Source: a virus. From it: 64,000 bases of DNA. The position numbers and the translations under genes are program-made. Shown piece by piece: positions 17,670-26,256 of the stretch. The DNA is taken from IMG/VR virus record IMGVR_UViG_3300042567_000108, positions 1 through 64,000 of that record. The stretch is one strand, 5' to 3'. Positions within the stretch are counted from its first letter, which is position 1. Every line of letters begins with the position of its first letter. The notes beneath the pieces were generated by a model that ran no database searches, had not been told where the DNA came from, and was given only the letters and a program-made list of their open reading frames with translations.

Positions 17670-17732
17670 GGTTGGGGAGCAGGAACAAGGAGAGAGCCGA
17701 AACCCTGCCACCCCAACCCACTCATCATAACA
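17670..17732 (-). promoter_or_regulatory. Extended -10 promoter (TGT-TATGAT) and 5' hairpin for the replication operon
   Basis: 17732-17724; stem GGTTGGGG/CCCCAACC starts at the expected +1. Confidence 0.55.
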
Positions 17733-17741
17733 TAGCAGGGG

Positions 17742-18122
17742 CTATGCGTTGATGTCATTGCCACAGTGAGGGCAAAGTTTTTCTCGTTTCTTGTAGACTT
17801 CATGTATCACTTGGTCTTTAAAGTTTTGATGCACATATATCTTGCATCTGTTGCGTGCTTTAACAGCACGTACTATAGCACCTGACTGGTGCAGTACTGA
17901 CAACACACCACTAGCAGTGCCGTGATGCCAGCCTGTACCTTCGGCTAATTCTTTCCACGTCATACCATGTACACCTGCTAGTTTTAAATATGATAATGCT
18001 CTAGCCTGGTTGTTTGCTTCTTGTCCTGATGCAACATTATCTATAGCACGAGCCTTAGATGTATCAGTACCTGACCATCCAGCCGTACCTTTGTATGGTC
18101 TATAAGGTACGTATTCTGCCAT
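17742..18122 (-). CDS. Winged-HTH-like protein with C-terminal CxxC
   Basis: G-TWKELA...TASGVLS-L; CPHCG. Confidence 0.6.
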   Translation of the reverse strand: MAEYVPYRPYKGTAGWSGTDTSKARAIDNVASGQEANNQARALSYLKLAGVHGMTWKELAEGTGWHHGTASGVLSVLHQSGAIVRAVKARNRCKIYVHQNFKDQVIHEVYKKREKLCPHCGNDINA

Positions 18123-18541
18123 TAGTCTTCTTCTTCCATATCATGTACTTCAATCTGGTCAACCTCAATGTCGCCATCATAGAAGTCAACTGTTACGTTG
18201 TCTGTAAAGATAGTCTCGGCATCATCTGCATCTTCTGCATCTACGCTGAAGGTACCAGTGATTGTGTATGTAGCACTGTATCTTGTTGTAAGTTTGTTGG
18301 CACCAATGGATTCAAGTAACTCATTGACATCTGACTTTGTGATTGTTGTTTCACCATCACTCCATTCACACTCACTGAAGAAGTCACGGACTTTATAAGT
18401 ATTACTAATCCTTTGTGCGCGGTCTTCTGATGCACTTGCTTGGATTGCATTTACTTCGCCTGCTTTCTCAATGAATCGAATTACTTCTGACTCAGTGTAG
18501 TTTACAACACCATCTACTGTGTTAATCTGGATTGTGTTCAT
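18122..18541 (-). CDS. Acidic hypothetical protein
   Basis: SD GAGAGG; coupled ORF. Confidence 0.75.
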   Translation of the reverse strand: MNTIQINTVDGVVNYTESEVIRFIEKAGEVNAIQASASEDRAQRISNTYKVRDFFSECEWSDGETTITKSDVNELLESIGANKLTTRYSATYTITGTFSVDAEDADDAETIFTDNVTVDFYDGDIEVDQIEVHDMEEED

Positions 18542-18561
18542 GTGTTCCTCTCGTTGTTTAG

Positions 18562-18648
18562 TGTCCCGTGTGCGCTACTGGCGGGACAACCCAGTAAAAG
18601 GCAGCAACTGTATAGGAAATGAACGAAACTATACAGTAACCGTGCGCA
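18562..18648 (-). ncRNA. Putative three-way-junction plus pseudoknot RNA element
   Basis: TGCGC/GCGCA, ACTGTATAG/CTATACAGT and TACTGG/CCAGTA stems; loop TGTCCCG pairs with 3' CGGGACA. Confidence 0.55.
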
Positions 18649-18666
18649 TTTACCCGATAGGTAAAC

Positions 18667-19674
18667 CTATACTAGCAGAGATAAAGCCTTAGTCTTTACT
18701 CTGTCATTGCGTCCACTAAGGGTGGCGGCTGCAAGACGTTCAGCGCCGCCCGTTGCATAGTGGTCAGCAAATTCTACCACTGCATGCCATGCACCAAAGG
18801 CTGTGCCTCTGATGTTCTCTTGTGTTTCTGATTCGCTATAGATAGACCATGCTTTAGCACGTGCATCTTTAGCAATGGTCTGTTGCTTGCGTTCACCACG
18901 TGTGAGCAAATCGTATGGCTTATCTTCAATGGTAGAAGGTAGTGCCCATACTGACTTGAAGAAGTTAATTGCTTGCTCACGTGAGAAGTCAATGCCAAGC
19001 AGACGATTGGCTGTTAACTCGTAATCATCTATAGCCTGATATGTAAGGTTAGTAATGTTACGGATGTCAGCAATAGATAACTCTTGGTTAGTAGTGTGTG
19101 ACATACGGTATGTGTACTCATTGTACTTACGCTTTTGATTGTTACTAATCAAACCGTTGACCTGATTAGCACAGAACAAACGCTCAATGATTGGCTTGAT
19201 AACAACAGATGATGAGCCATCATGTGATGTCTTTACTAATAAGAATGCAGCGTGTGGGTCATTGGCTACCGAGATACCACGAGGTAACTCTAGTACCATC
19301 CAGATGTTAGAGCCACCATTAAACTCACCTGCTGCTGCATAGCGTGCATCACCTGCATCTACTAGTGTATCTAATGCGTTAAAGACTTCCATGTTTTGTA
19401 CTACTTTATACTTAGTACCAACAATACCAATGACTGAGTTGTTATCCTCACGGATAATAGCCTGCTTTTTTGGTACATCTATGTATGTGGCTGGTGTTAC
19501 ACCATGCTCATCAATAGATAGGGGTGTACTTACTGCTTGTAGTTCACCTGTGCGTACAGTCCAGTTAAGTCCTGCTTGTGTGGCTGCACTTGCAGCAGAG
19601 GTAGCCTCCACTGCTGTGCCACCACGTACCCATGCTGAGCGGTGTTTACTTGCTACTGTCATGTGCTTCTCCAA
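18667..19674 (-). CDS. DUF932 (LGT_TIGR03299-like) protein
   Basis: AGLNW-V, Y-VVQN, SHDGS, R-FC-NQ and GTAFGAW-A--E--DH motifs. Confidence 0.85.
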   Translation of the reverse strand: MEKHMTVASKHRSAWVRGGTAVEATSAASAATQAGLNWTVRTGELQAVSTPLSIDEHGVTPATYIDVPKKQAIIREDNNSVIGIVGTKYKVVQNMEVFNALDTLVDAGDARYAAAGEFNGGSNIWMVLELPRGISVANDPHAAFLLVKTSHDGSSSVVIKPIIERLFCANQVNGLISNNQKRKYNEYTYRMSHTTNQELSIADIRNITNLTYQAIDDYELTANRLLGIDFSREQAINFFKSVWALPSTIEDKPYDLLTRGERKQQTIAKDARAKAWSIYSESETQENIRGTAFGAWHAVVEFADHYATGGAERLAAATLSGRNDRVKTKALSLLV

Positions 19675-20191
19675 AGATTCCTGCTGTTACTTTAGGATGT
19701 AGTTCCATTTGCATGGCTTGGAAGGCAGCAACTGGCCACCCTGAACCAAACACTCTACCTAACAGGGTAGCCAGTGAATAGCCTTGTCCTTTGCCAATCT
19801 TTAATAGTTCAAATGCTTTATCAACATCTGACTTCTGATAGTACGTAAGTGCTAGCAGTGTGGCTGGTGCTGCGACAGTGTCACTTGTTGCTGCATCATG
19901 TAACCATTCAAGAATAGGAATAGTTTTATCTGTATCTTCTGGTACTAGTAGACCCATGGCATAGTCACGTACTTGTACGTCACGTAATGCTAGTAGTACT
20001 GCTGCTGTTGTTTCTGTCATTAGTTCTTCGTCAGTCTTAAAGAGGTCAAAGTTTTTGATGAACAACTCTACCGTTTCAGCAGCATGACGTTGCTCACTGT
20101 GACCTAGTTCAAACTGACCCTTATAATCTGCCACTGTTACTTCTTTAATGGCATATATTCTTTCTCTTATCTTTTCTTTATTCACTTGCAT
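19646..20191 (-). CDS. DUF4192-like helical protein
   Basis: L-DVQVRD, AP-TLLA and YSLA-LL motifs. Confidence 0.6.
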   Translation of the reverse strand: MQVNKEKIRERIYAIKEVTVADYKGQFELGHSEQRHAAETVELFIKNFDLFKTDEELMTETTAAVLLALRDVQVRDYAMGLLVPEDTDKTIPILEWLHDAATSDTVAAPATLLALTYYQKSDVDKAFELLKIGKGQGYSLATLLGRVFGSGWPVAAFQAMQMELHPKVTAGIFGEAHDSSK

Positions 20192-20334
20192 CTCCCTTGT
20201 TTGATAGTCCCTTACTTGATTGCCATATCCACACTACATCTGTGTTATCAAATGGTAGTGTCTTTGTTACCTTGTATAAAGCATCATCATCATTGTCTGC
20301 TTCAACAAAGAACGCTATGTTTATTTGCCATTGT

Positions 20335-20763
20335 CTAGTACCAGCCATGCTTCCTCCAATGTGCCCATGCTGCTGAAGGTTTGTCGTACCTATGTACTAT
20401 GTACTCCAGCCCCCGCGCAACTTGTTGCGGGGCTGGGGTTCCAGGCTTGGTGCCTAAGACTTGTGCTATACCATAGGCTGTTGACTCAGGGTTATCCGCA
20501 TCATGTCTCCATGCTGACTCTTTACCCCATAGTTTCATCAGTGCTTTATGTTCGCTGCGGTTCCACTCAGGGAACCACATTTTCATGTATGAAACTGCAT
20601 ACAATTTTGCTGCGTATGGTGTCCATACTTTAGGTAGTCTGTGTTCGTTATAACATAGGTCGTTAACATGTTGTGAGTAATACTTATAAGGCAGACCTAG
20701 CATTGTAGTAAAGGTCAACATCATAGTACTACCAACAGCCAACCACTTTCTTACTTCGTTCAT
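20335..20763 (-). CDS. Lytic transglycosylase (SLT-like) with N-terminal TM/signal
   Basis: LW-KES-W, AYGIAQ and GL-YI-HRY motifs; homologue 57941-58333. Confidence 0.8.
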   Translation of the reverse strand: MNEVRKWLAVGSTMMLTFTTMLGLPYKYYSQHVNDLCYNEHRLPKVWTPYAAKLYAVSYMKMWFPEWNRSEHKALMKLWGKESAWRHDADNPESTAYGIAQVLGTKPGTPAPQQVARGLEYIVHRYDKPSAAWAHWRKHGWY

Positions 20764-20772
20764 GACTATCTC

Positions 20773-20901
20773 CTAGTCTTCGTCTCCGTACATACGGTCA
20801 GGCTCATTGCATACACACTCATAGATAAAGCAACCGCAATCTTCGCACTCATCTGATTCACCTGTTGCAACAGGGTCATCAAGCGGTGGTTCGTAACTCA
20901 T
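20773..20901 (-). CDS. Acidic Cys-rich micro-protein (MSYEPPLDD...)
   Basis: 42 aa, SD AGGAG; N-terminus shared with 58670-58777. Confidence 0.65.
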   Translation of the reverse strand: MSYEPPLDDPVATGESDECEDCGCFIYECVCNEPDRMYGDED

Positions 20902-21166
20902 AGTTTCTCCTTCGTGTTACATGTATTGGGTCTCCATACATACTGCTTCTTATGATTGTATCTATTGATACTCCGTATACATCACACAATTTTAGCAGCC
21001 TTCTAAGTGTAATGTTTCTACTGTTGCGTTCGTAACTACCCACTGCTTCTTTAGTAAACTCACCATTAGTAACTAGTTCTACATGCTCAAGGGTATAACC
21101 TTTGAGTAAGCGTACATACTTAAGGGTGTTTACTACTTCTAAGTATTCAGGATTTAAGTTACTCAT
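20879..21166 (-). CDS. XRE-family HTH protein
   Basis: LK--R--KG-TL, YER--R and L-KLC-VYGVS motifs. Confidence 0.8.
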   Translation of the reverse strand: MSNLNPEYLEVVNTLKYVRLLKGYTLEHVELVTNGEFTKEAVGSYERNSRNITLRRLLKLCDVYGVSIDTIIRSSMYGDPIHVTRRRNYELRTTA

Positions 21167-21272
21167 TATCTTCCTCACATTCATCACACTCTTTGCATAA
21201 CCCACAGTCATCACATACAAAGTTATACTGCTCGCATACTTCACAGTATGGTGGTGTGTATGGTCCACTCAT
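21159..21272 (-). CDS. Cys-rich micro-protein (37 aa)
   Basis: CEVC, CDDC, CKECDEC; fills the gap. Confidence 0.5.
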   Translation of the reverse strand: MSGPYTPPYCEVCEQYNFVCDDCGLCKECDECEEDNE

Positions 21273-21275
21273 GGC

Positions 21276-21632
21276 TTACCAACTAGCCAAGTACTCAAAC
21301 ATAGCATCGTCTACTGACTCATCTATTACTCTGTCAAGTAGTGTAATTGTTTCTTTTAGGATATCCCAGTACCATTCATCTATACCTGTACCACCAAAGA
21401 AAAACCCTTCTGTAGGTGGCAGTAGTTCCATTGCTGTTTCTTCTGTGCCTTCATCTACTACTTTTTGGCAGTCATCTCGCAGTTGAATGATGTCTTGTTT
21501 GGTTAGGCTAACAGGTGTGCAGTCATCTACTACACCAGCATTGTTGATAATCCAACCATGAATTGCATTAGCCTTACGCCAGTATGCAACCTCATGTACT
21601 TGCTTCTCATACAGATACATGTCTAGTCCCAT
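21276..21632 (-). CDS. Conserved phage early protein (MGLDMYL...YWRKANAIH-W)
   Basis: Recognisable motif, also LP---GFFFG. Confidence 0.8.
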   Translation of the reverse strand: MGLDMYLYEKQVHEVAYWRKANAIHGWIINNAGVVDDCTPVSLTKQDIIQLRDDCQKVVDEGTEETAMELLPPTEGFFFGGTGIDEWYWDILKETITLLDRVIDESVDDAMFEYLASW

Positions 21633-21633
21633 G

Positions 21634-21843
21634 TTACTCTCCTTGTTTTAGTACTTCGATAGATACTTTGTTAATGAATGGCTTGGTCATGTTAACCCAG
21701 TCCACACCATACTCATCAGCCAATCGCTCCCATGCTGCTGTCTCTACATCACGCTGGTCAGGGCTGAATGTTGTTTCGATAGTAGTGACCATGATGAAAT
21801 GGTCTGCTGCAAATAGAACATCAGTTGTAATTGTATTGCTCAT
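21634..21843 (-). CDS. Hypothetical protein
   Basis: Coupled ORF; start moved to MSNTIT. Confidence 0.6.
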   Translation of the reverse strand: MSNTITTDVLFAADHFIMVTTIETTFSPDQRDVETAAWERLADEYGVDWVNMTKPFINKVSIEVLKQGE

Positions 21844-22019
21844 TAGAATGGTACCTCCACATGGTTTTGACATGACTTGCGCCATGCTAATAATCTACGG
21901 CGTAGATATCTGTTTTCTTCTATCAGTTTTACATTGGCATACGTCAGTATAAACAGCATCACTAGGCTAGCACCTAACGCTATAGTTATACCAACAATCA
22001 TTGCTGTATCTAAATACAT
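21843..22019 (-). CDS. Small membrane protein (58 aa)
   Basis: SD GGGAGAG; TM helix then basic tail; not in the ORF track. Confidence 0.65.
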   Translation of the reverse strand: MYLDTAMIVGITIALGASLVMLFILTYANVKLIEENRYLRRRLLAWRKSCQNHVEVPF

Positions 22020-22093
22020 GTTGCTCTCCCTGTAGTTATAAAAAAGTTATGGACTTGTAGCGGTCCGCTGAGGTTACGGTGCCCCGCACCATA

Positions 22094-22137
22094 AAAAAAG
22101 GGAGAGTGAGTGACTATCTCTAGCCACCCACCCTCCT
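22094..22137 (-). terminator. Intrinsic terminator
   Basis: GGAGGGTGGGTGGCTA-GAGA-TAGTCACTCACTCTCC followed by T7. Confidence 0.85.
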
Positions 22138-22142
22138 GTCTT

Positions 22143-22487
22143 TTAGTTTGTTACGACCTCATGAACCTCTAACTGTAACTGAGGTGCTCGTCGTGCGCTT
22201 TCCTCCACGTTTTGACGGCGGTCAAAGCGTGTAACTAGACGACCTTTAAGTGTTACCAGGTCGGATTGTTCCTGACCAGCACGAGTCACACCAAGGATTT
22301 CACCTACGGTTGAGTCATCCAATGCCACGATATTAAACCCACATACATACACTTGACGGTCAGCCTCCCCGTTTGAGAACGCTGAGATTTCGCGTTGGTC
22401 AAACCAGCCTGTCACCATGGTTCCCTTTGAACCTGTGAATGTACGTACGTTCTTAATCTTACCTGTGATTGTTACTTCGTTGTTCAT
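22143..22487 (-). CDS. SSB-like OB-fold protein
   Basis: N-VTITG...V-LKGRL-T pattern. Confidence 0.55.
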   Translation of the reverse strand: MNNEVTITGKIKNVRTFTGSKGTMVTGWFDQREISAFSNGEADRQVYVCGFNIVALDDSTVGEILGVTRAGQEQSDLVTLKGRLVTRFDRRQNVEESARRAPQLQLEVHEVVTN

Positions 22488-22572
22488 CTGTTTCTCCTTG
22501 TTAGTTTCGGTAGTTGATTTTAGGCTGATAGCCCGCTATCACGAAGTGTAGCGGGACTATCTGCCCTTCTTT

Positions 22573-23127
22573 CTATCTTACGTTGTTTTCCAATGGCTTG
22601 TCACATGATTGACAGTCATTGAATGCTTTGGGTGTGAGTATGTGACACCATTTGCACTCTGTTTCACGTGCACGTTGGCGCTCATCGTCCAACTCCCATA
22701 GTTCTTCATACTCACCACCGTCCATCAATTGTGCGATAGGTGGTGTGAACTCTTTTCGTAGTAACCAAGGGTCATCTTGGTCTACGAACTTAACGGATAG
22801 TTCTATGAGAGTCATGCTCTCGTCTTTCCATATTTCGGTGAACACTGCTTTTCTCCTTGCTTTACCGACTACTGTTTCTGACGACACCCAATCGCTTGCC
22901 GTTGGGTTGTCGTCTTGGTTTAGGGTTAGTGCTTTGCCTTCCCCTAGTCTGTCATCTTCATGCAAGTCCCAAGCGTGCTTGTCGGACTTGCTTTCTTTTG
23001 TTTCGTAGCAGTTGATGCAACTGTCTACTTGCTCATCGCCTGTGTATAGGTGCATGAGGTTTGATGTCACAGGGAACTCACAGCATGTTTCTGTGTGTGT
23101 GGTGATGCTGATGCCTTGTTCTGTCAT
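22573..23127 (-). CDS. Hypothetical early protein with Zn ribbons
   Basis: CINC, CKWC, CQSC. Confidence 0.7.
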   Translation of the reverse strand: MTEQGISITTHTETCCEFPVTSNLMHLYTGDEQVDSCINCYETKESKSDKHAWDLHEDDRLGEGKALTLNQDDNPTASDWVSSETVVGKARRKAVFTEIWKDESMTLIELSVKFVDQDDPWLLRKEFTPPIAQLMDGGEYEELWELDDERQRARETECKWCHILTPKAFNDCQSCDKPLENNVR

Positions 23128-23170
23128 TTCCTTATCCTTTCGTCTGTTTCCACCTGATGTGAAAACGCGT

Positions 23171-23371
23171 ATATCAATACTCCTAAGTCAATCGGATAGC
23201 GCATATGCGCTAGACGCGGGGCGTGGCTGGACTGCGAGCCTGCGAGCAGGCGCACATTCATGGGCGCTCCAGACACGACAGATGCGTGGTTTACCACGCT
23301 GAGAGCAATCATTACCGCTTTGCTCTGCTGAATAGGCAGAGCAGGGAATGATTTGACGACGGAGTATGATA
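23171..23371 (+). other. Multi-branched structured non-coding domain
   Basis: TATCA-ATACTCC/GGAGTAT-GATA and GTCAA/TTGAC close four hairpins. Confidence 0.5.
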
Positions 23372-23533
23372 GGAGCACCGCAGGAGGACGAGCCTGAGTA
23401 TGTCGTAGCGCGGCTTTGACGCGCCGACAGACTGGCGAGAGATGAGGGCTGAGTGCATGTCAGCATGAGAAGGCAATAGACCATAAGGCTATGCCTTCGA
23501 TTGCGACAGGCGAGAACGCGTGGTTTACCACGC
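23284..23533. repeat. Two copies of the near-palindrome GCGTGGTTTACCACGC
   Basis: 23284-23299 and 23518-23533. Confidence 0.9.
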
Positions 23534-23751
23534 GGACGGACAGCCTTCGTTCCGACCAGTCAGTACGATAGAACTGGTGAGGGTTTGGCAACCATTGCCA
23601 AGGCATTAGTTCATAGACGGACAGTCCGAGTATATTCATTTAGTTAGACTGTCAGTATCAGACTGGCTCCCAGTCTGCAGGGAGACAGTACACTGTCAGA
23701 CAACCCTCAGTATAGTAGTCTGTCTGTACAATAATAGTTCTGTCTATAGTC

Positions 23752-23920
23752 TATGACCCCCAGTCTTTTAACTATCGGCTGTAGTTCATACTGTATCTCT
23801 ATCTAGAAATATTTCTGTATATAGTTACAGGGGGCATATAACAGTCTGACCAGCACTTTTATAAATATTTCTGTCTAAATAGTTCGTTTAGGTAGTTTGA
23901 ACGGATTAAGTATAAGTAGA
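23752..23920 (+). promoter_or_regulatory. Conserved pre-terminase element (packaging/terminus or late promoter)
   Basis: Collinear motifs shared with 63268-63441. Confidence 0.55.
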
Positions 23921-24023
23921 GACTAAAATATATTCGGAAGTCTTTATAGAGCCTTCCTCATACTGTTACAGTGTACTGTACAAATATACATCTGTAGGGC
24001 GGGGGGACTCTGCCACAAAGGAG

Positions 24024-25934
24024 ATGAACGTGGCTACACCAGCGCACAAGGGATTCAAAAAGGGTGGGGAACACCACCTCGCCAAGGGGGTTGCCCAGGC
24101 TAAAGCCGATGTACTTGACAGGGTACGTCAAGGGGTGAGTGTCCAAGCCGCTATGGTTGCGGCGGGTAAAAAACCAGACACCGTTCGTCAGTGGATGAAC
24201 CGAGACCCCGAGTTTGCCCGTAACTTGGAAGAAGCCAAGGAAGCGGGAAGTAAGCAGACCTTCACCGCCATGGGCGTTGAGAAGGAATCTATCCCATTTG
24301 CGGATTTCAGTAAGATGTTTTTTGACCAGACAGTCTTCCCCCATCATCAGAACTGGGTAGACCTACTGGAAGGGCGCGAACCTTCGTGGCTCCCGCCTTC
24401 TATAATTTATGAGCCAGGTGAGGGGAACCGCCTGCTAATTAACGTGCCACCTGAGCATGCTAAATCCACGGTTATCACCGTGAACTATCCGACTTACCGC
24501 ATCGCCCTCAATCCTAACATCCGCATCATCGTGGTATCAAAGACATTGAATAAGGCACGCGAGTTCGTATACGCTATCAAGCAACGATTGTCTCATCCCC
24601 GCTGGCTCAAGTTACAGACCGCATATGGTCCCGAGGGCGGATGGAAAGAAGACGCAGATACTTGGCGTACCGATACTGTCTATCTTGGCGGCGATGCGCG
24701 TAACTCTTCAGAAAAAGACCCAACGCTTCAGGCGCTAGGTATGGGTGGTCAGATTTACGGCGCCCGTGCCGACCTGATTATTCTTGACGACTGTATCACT
24801 ACCGCTAACGCCCATGAGTGGGAACAGCAGATGAACTGGCTACAGAAGGAAGTTATTACTCGTTTGGGTAAAAACGGTAAACTTCTAGTAGTAGGGACTC
24901 GAATTGCGGCAAACGACCTTTACAAAGAACTTCGCAATCCTAAGCACTGGTCTGGCGGTAAGACACCGTTTACCTATATGGGTATGCCTGCAGTTCTTGA
25001 ATATGCTGAGAAACCCGAAGACTGGCAAACCCTATGGGCTGAGTCGGATGTTCCGTGGGATGGTGATTCGGATACTCCGAAAGAGAATGGATTCTATCCT
25101 AAGTGGGATGGACCAGCGCTCTTTAAGCGCAGAAGCGAAGTTACACCGTCAACATGGGCACTTGTCTACCAACAAGAAGACATTCAAGAAGACTCCATAT
25201 TCCCGCCAGTACTCGTGCAGGGAGCGACCAATGGGATGCGCAAGCGCGGACCGTTAAAGGCTGGAGCAGCAGGACATCCTCCACAAGTTGAAGGACACAC
25301 TGTAATTGGATTTGACCCTGCTATGGCAGGTAACGCTGCATTTGTTGCGTGTACCTACAACAGAGCAGATGGCAAGATTTATGTGCTTGACTGCATCAAC
25401 ATGGAAGAGCCAACACCACAAAAGATTCGGGCGACAATTGAAGAACTCGTTATTAAGTACAGACCACAAGAGTTCCGAGTTGAAATTAACGCACACCAGA
25501 AAGCCTATTCACTCGATGACGACTTACGAAACTGGCTTGCTGCATACGGCGTACGGCTTGACGCGCACTTCACAGGGAAAAATAAATGGGACACTTCGTT
25601 TGGTGTTGCTTCAATGTCTAACCTCTTTGGCACTGTCCGTGAAGACAAGTTTCAAAAAAACAACATATTAGAATTACCTTCATCTGAAGGTTCTGAAGGT
25701 ATCAAAGCCTTGACTCAACAACTCCTAACATGGAAGCCAGAGACCAAGGGTAAGACCGATACCGTCATGGCTTTATGGTTTGCTGTGATTCGCATACGCG
25801 AACTGATGCAGGCTAGTAGCCGAACATCGCAGTACGCAACAAACCGCTGGGCAACACGTGCTCAGATGGACCAACGCTATGCAGTAAACCTCGATGAGAT
25901 GTTTGCTGAGCAGTGGCAAGAAAACTTCGGATAA
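24024..25934 (+). CDS. terL: Terminase large subunit with N-terminal HTH-like extension
   Basis: Walker A PPEHAKST, Walker B IILDD, VGT coupling motif, GFDPA and D-VMA nuclease motifs. Confidence 0.9.
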   Translation: MNVATPAHKGFKKGGEHHLAKGVAQAKADVLDRVRQGVSVQAAMVAAGKKPDTVRQWMNRDPEFARNLEEAKEAGSKQTFTAMGVEKESIPFADFSKMFFDQTVFPHHQNWVDLLEGREPSWLPPSIIYEPGEGNRLLINVPPEHAKSTVITVNYPTYRIALNPNIRIIVVSKTLNKAREFVYAIKQRLSHPRWLKLQTAYGPEGGWKEDADTWRTDTVYLGGDARNSSEKDPTLQALGMGGQIYGARADLIILDDCITTANAHEWEQQMNWLQKEVITRLGKNGKLLVVGTRIAANDLYKELRNPKHWSGGKTPFTYMGMPAVLEYAEKPEDWQTLWAESDVPWDGDSDTPKENGFYPKWDGPALFKRRSEVTPSTWALVYQQEDIQEDSIFPPVLVQGATNGMRKRGPLKAGAAGHPPQVEGHTVIGFDPAMAGNAAFVACTYNRADGKIYVLDCINMEEPTPQKIRATIEELVIKYRPQEFRVEINAHQKAYSLDDDLRNWLAAYGVRLDAHFTGKNKWDTSFGVASMSNLFGTVREDKFQKNNILELPSSEGSEGIKALTQQLLTWKPETKGKTDTVMALWFAVIRIRELMQASSRTSQYATNRWATRAQMDQRYAVNLDEMFAEQWQENFG

Positions 25935-25944
25935 GGAAAATAAA

Positions 25945-26247
25945 ATGGCAATGATGAAAAAAGCAGTAGCAAAGAAAGCAGCAGTAAAGATTACAGGAAC
26001 TGCTAAGTCAACTGGCGGCAACATGAAGAGCCAGGCAATGAAGAAGGTAGTAAAGAAGGCTGACCCAATGAAAACATCAGCACGTTCTCACCAAGCAGAT
26101 TTAGCAAGAATGTCAGGCGACACAGCAGGAAACAAAAAGTTTAGAGATGATAAAAAGGCTGGCAAAATGTATCGCGAAGATAAACCAAGCCCTGCATATA
26201 TTGCTGGCAAGAAGGCTGAACGCCGCACACTTAAGTCATTTAAGTAA
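25945..26247 (+). CDS. Lys-rich basic protein
   Basis: SD AAGGA; MAMMKKAVAKKAA. Confidence 0.7.
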   Translation: MAMMKKAVAKKAAVKITGTAKSTGGNMKSQAMKKVVKKADPMKTSARSHQADLARMSGDTAGNKKFRDDKKAGKMYREDKPSPAYIAGKKAERRTLKSFK

Positions 26248-26256
26248 GGAAATAAA

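Noticed and set aside
18562-18648. HDV-like or hammerhead ribozyme
   Set aside because: Stem order does not match the HDV nested double pseudoknot, and there is no CUGAnGA/GAAA core
23124-23484. ORFs 23124-23378 and 23188-23484
   Set aside because: No SD, atypical composition, and they overlap the hairpin-dense non-coding region
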